A DNA stretch of 64,000 nucleotides from Thermoleophilia bacterium (GTDB taxonomy: Bacteria; Actinomycetota; Thermoleophilia; Miltoncostaeales; Miltoncostaeaceae). The translations under genes were made by a program, and so were the position numbers. The stretch spans positions 1,336 through 65,335 of the forward strand of contig JADGPF010000026.1 of assembly GCA_017882585.1 (NCBI GenBank), read 5' to 3'. The notes under the pieces were generated by a model. It was not told where the DNA came from, ran no database searches, and saw only the letters and a program-made list of their open reading frames with translations. Below, in pieces: positions 62,238-64,000 of the stretch (its first letter is position 1; each line of letters opens with the position of its first letter).

Positions 62238-63916
62238 CAGATCGGTCCACGCAGGGTAGCGGACCGTGGCTCGGCACCTATCCGCGAAAGGGTACGCCAT
62301 GGGCGAACGGCCCAGACGACGATGAGGATAGCCGAGGGAGCCACGGCGGCCAGACCCACCGCGGGGTCCGGCAACCCGACGACCGCGATGCCGCCGACGG
62401 CGACCGCCCAACCCAGACAGGCGAGAACCCGCTGCGTGCCCGGACGCGCTCGAAGGACCAGCGGCGCGGCCAGGGCAGCGACGAGGAGCCCGGCGGCGCC
62501 CCAGACGATCCACCAGGACCCGGACAGCAACACTTGGACGCGGTGGATGGCTGCGGCCGGGTCCCGAACTCCGGCGAGCACCTCGCTCGCGGGCCGGGAT
62601 GCGGCCGGGCCGAGCAGGAGCGGTCGACCGGTCCACAGCTCCCAGCTAAAGGTCAGCGCGAGACCGCAGACAATCGCCCAGACGCGCTCACGCGTCGACT
62701 TGATACCCGCGCTGAGCATGCAGGCCAGCGGGAGCAGCCCGACCCAACCGGCGGCCACCGCGACCAGTGGGGCACCGAGCCGGCGTGGCCACTGCCAGCC
62801 AGTCGCGATCATCGCACTCAGGCCGATCGCGGCGAGAATCGCGGCGCCGATGCTCGTGCGCCCGACGAGCAGCACCGTCGCCAGCGCGACAACGATCGCC
62901 GCCAGGCGCGGCCACCGCAACGCGGTCGCGCCTGCGGCACTCGCGCCGATCGCGATTTCGCCTGCGTGCAGGTTGCTCAGACCGCAGAGGACCGCCGCCG
63001 CCGCAAGACCGGTCGCGACCAGCGAGATCGCCGGATCCCGGACGCGCCGCAGGCGCTGCTGGCGCTGGACGTGCTCGCGCGCACCGTTGATGGCGGCGTC
63101 CAGATCATGGCGCAGCTCTCGCGCCGTCGGCCGATCATCGGGGTTGCGTGCGAGCCCGCGCGTGACTGCGTCCGCGAGGCTGTGGGGGAGATCCGCGCGC
63201 ACGTCCTGGAGGGGCGTGATGTCGCCCATCGCGGCGCGTCGGGCCGTGTCGGCGGTCGACGCTCCGGCGAGCGGGTTGACGCCGGCGAGCAACTCATAGA
63301 GCACGACACACGCCGAGTAGACATCGCTTGGCGGTCCGACCGTGAGCGCGCGCGCCTGCTCGGGGGACATGTAGGCGATGGTTCCAACCAGCGAACCCAC
63401 TGAGGTCATCGTGGCGTGGTCGGTCAGCCGGGCGACGCCGAAGTCGGCGAGTCGGGCATGACCATTGGCATCGATCAGGATGTTCTCGGGCTTGACGTCG
63501 CGATGGACGATGTCGCGGCTGTGGGCGTGCTCGAGTGCGGCCAGGACCTCCATGATCCGCTGAGTCGCCCAACCGGTGGTCGGGCGTCGCTCGCTGCACG
63601 CCTTGCCCAGCGACGGGCCGTCGACGAGTTCCCAGACCAGGTAGACGAGCTCGGAGCCACGGCCCCAGTCCAACAGGCGCACGATGTTTGGATGCTCGAG
63701 TCGCTGGGCAGCACGGATCTCCACCTCGATCCGCGACAGCAAGTCCGGCGATGCCGGGATGGTCTTGACCGCCACGGTGCGCCCGGAGTGGATGTCCTCG
63801 GCGACGTAGACCGCGGAGGTCGCACCACGGCCCAAGAGGCGGCCGAGCCGGTAGCGGCCCAGCGCGATATCCGGGCGGCCTGGTCCCATCAGGCTAACCT
63901 GTTCGCCGCGGGGCAA
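62237..63916 (-). CDS. Ser/Thr protein kinase fused to a C-terminal polytopic (about 7-8 TM) membrane domain
   Basis: GRGATSAVYVA, VAVKTI, HRDVKPENILI, DFGVARL and IAYMSPEQ are kinase motifs. About 290 further residues form consecutive hydrophobic helices. The start is TTG 63916 or ATG 63889. The stop overlaps the fhaA ATG by 1 nt. Confidence 0.85.
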   Translation of the reverse strand: MPRGEQVSLMGPGRPDIALGRYRLGRLLGRGATSAVYVAEDIHSGRTVAVKTIPASPDLLSRIEVEIRAAQRLEHPNIVRLLDWGRGSELVYLVWELVDGPSLGKACSERRPTTGWATQRIMEVLAALEHAHSRDIVHRDVKPENILIDANGHARLADFGVARLTDHATMTSVGSLVGTIAYMSPEQARALTVGPPSDVYSACVVLYELLAGVNPLAGASTADTARRAAMGDITPLQDVRADLPHSLADAVTRGLARNPDDRPTARELRHDLDAAINGAREHVQRQQRLRRVRDPAISLVATGLAAAAVLCGLSNLHAGEIAIGASAAGATALRWPRLAAIVVALATVLLVGRTSIGAAILAAIGLSAMIATGWQWPRRLGAPLVAVAAGWVGLLPLACMLSAGIKSTRERVWAIVCGLALTFSWELWTGRPLLLGPAASRPASEVLAGVRDPAAAIHRVQVLLSGSWWIVWGAAGLLVAALAAPLVLRARPGTQRVLACLGWAVAVGGIAVVGLPDPAVGLAAVAPSAILIVVWAVRPWRTLSRIGAEPRSATLRGPI

Positions 63917-64000
63917 TTCGTCCCTGCCGCGCCCCGCGGGCTGCGCCGTGTTGCCGCCAAGAATGTCCGTGGTAGGGTTCGCCGACCGTCCGTTCGACAG

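Noticed and set aside
58134-63299. Very long track ORFs such as 58134..60152 (-), 58220..61039 (+) and 60861..63299 (+). Elsewhere the same applies to 1381..2907 (+), 9275..10462 (+), 31603..33210 (+), 40912..42573 (-), 44851..46218 (-) and 21248..22648 (-).
   Set aside because: Their translations are dominated by Arg/Gly/Pro/Asp/His runs with no motifs. They lie out of frame with or antisense to genes that have clear family signatures. These are the usual shadow ORFs of high-GC DNA, where stops are rare off-frame.
1-64000. CRISPR arrays, IS elements or transposases, rRNA operons, and recognisable defence systems (restriction-modification, toxin-antitoxin pairs, retron/DGR reverse transcriptases).
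   Set aside because: I found no regularly spaced direct repeats. I also found no DDE or HUH transposase, reverse-transcriptase, methyltransferase or nuclease motifs in any credible ORF. The only mobile-DNA signatures are the two Xer genes, the minimal recombinase, the excisionase-type HTH and the tRNA fragment.

Overview
This is a very GC-rich, gene-dense chromosomal window; third codon positions are almost always G/C. The gene content looks actinobacterial. I support about 60 protein genes, three tRNAs (Met-CAU, Thr-GGU, Tyr-GUA, all on the minus strand), one isolated tRNA 3' fragment, one clear pseudogene and a few strong hairpins. I saw no CRISPR array, transposase or rRNA.

Main blocks, in order:
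- 1-9.3 kb, accessory-looking: a partial cyclase-ATPase, a 903-aa secreted multidomain protein, an esterase, a GNAT, and a secreted glycosidase-like/lysyl-oxidase-like fusion. It ends in a tRNA 3' fragment and a low-GC3 decayed ORF.
- 9.3-15.6 kb: aminotransferase and IclR regulator, divergent from a MenB/BadI-like crotonase, cofG, and a cofH with a long N-terminal extension (a split FO synthase for F420).
- 15.6-33 kb, mostly housekeeping: two alpha/beta hydrolases, ppm1, lepB, nrdR-nrdJ, a HAD plus ATP-grasp pair, MFS, BI-1, ccdA, lgt, a GT28 plus deacetylase pair, and ilvD.
- 33-40 kb: STAS protein, a catalytic-domain-only tyrosine recombinase, NlpC/P60, Hsp15-like, nitroreductase, an excisionase-type HTH, an NHL propeller, and two tRNAs.
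- 40.3-45.5 kb: decaprenyl-phospho-arabinose cluster (GtrA, DUF2233-like, DPPR synthase, dprE1, dprE2).
- 47.2-51.5 kb: an orphan OmpR-type regulator divergent from a Ser/Thr kinase that is followed directly by two translationally coupled XerC/XerD-family recombinases.
- 51.5-63.9 kb: an 11-gene minus-strand array with 1-8 nt start/stop overlaps at six of its ten junctions. The order is polytopic kinase, fhaA, fhaB, pstP, rodA, pbpA, pknB, ddl, phosphoesterase, membrane protein, lipoprotein.

Many long track ORFs are Arg/Pro/Gly-rich antisense shadows of these genes and were rejected. No single obviously novel system stands out. The best candidates for follow-up are:
- the kinase-Xer-Xer unit;
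- the extended FHA/PASTA-kinase array carrying ddl and three uncharacterised genes;
- the polytopic kinase;
- the apparently catalytically degenerate glycosidase/lysyl-oxidase fusion;
- the cofH N-terminal extension;
- the tRNA-fragment scar at 8.4-9.3 kb.

All domain calls come from motif recognition by eye, not from searches.
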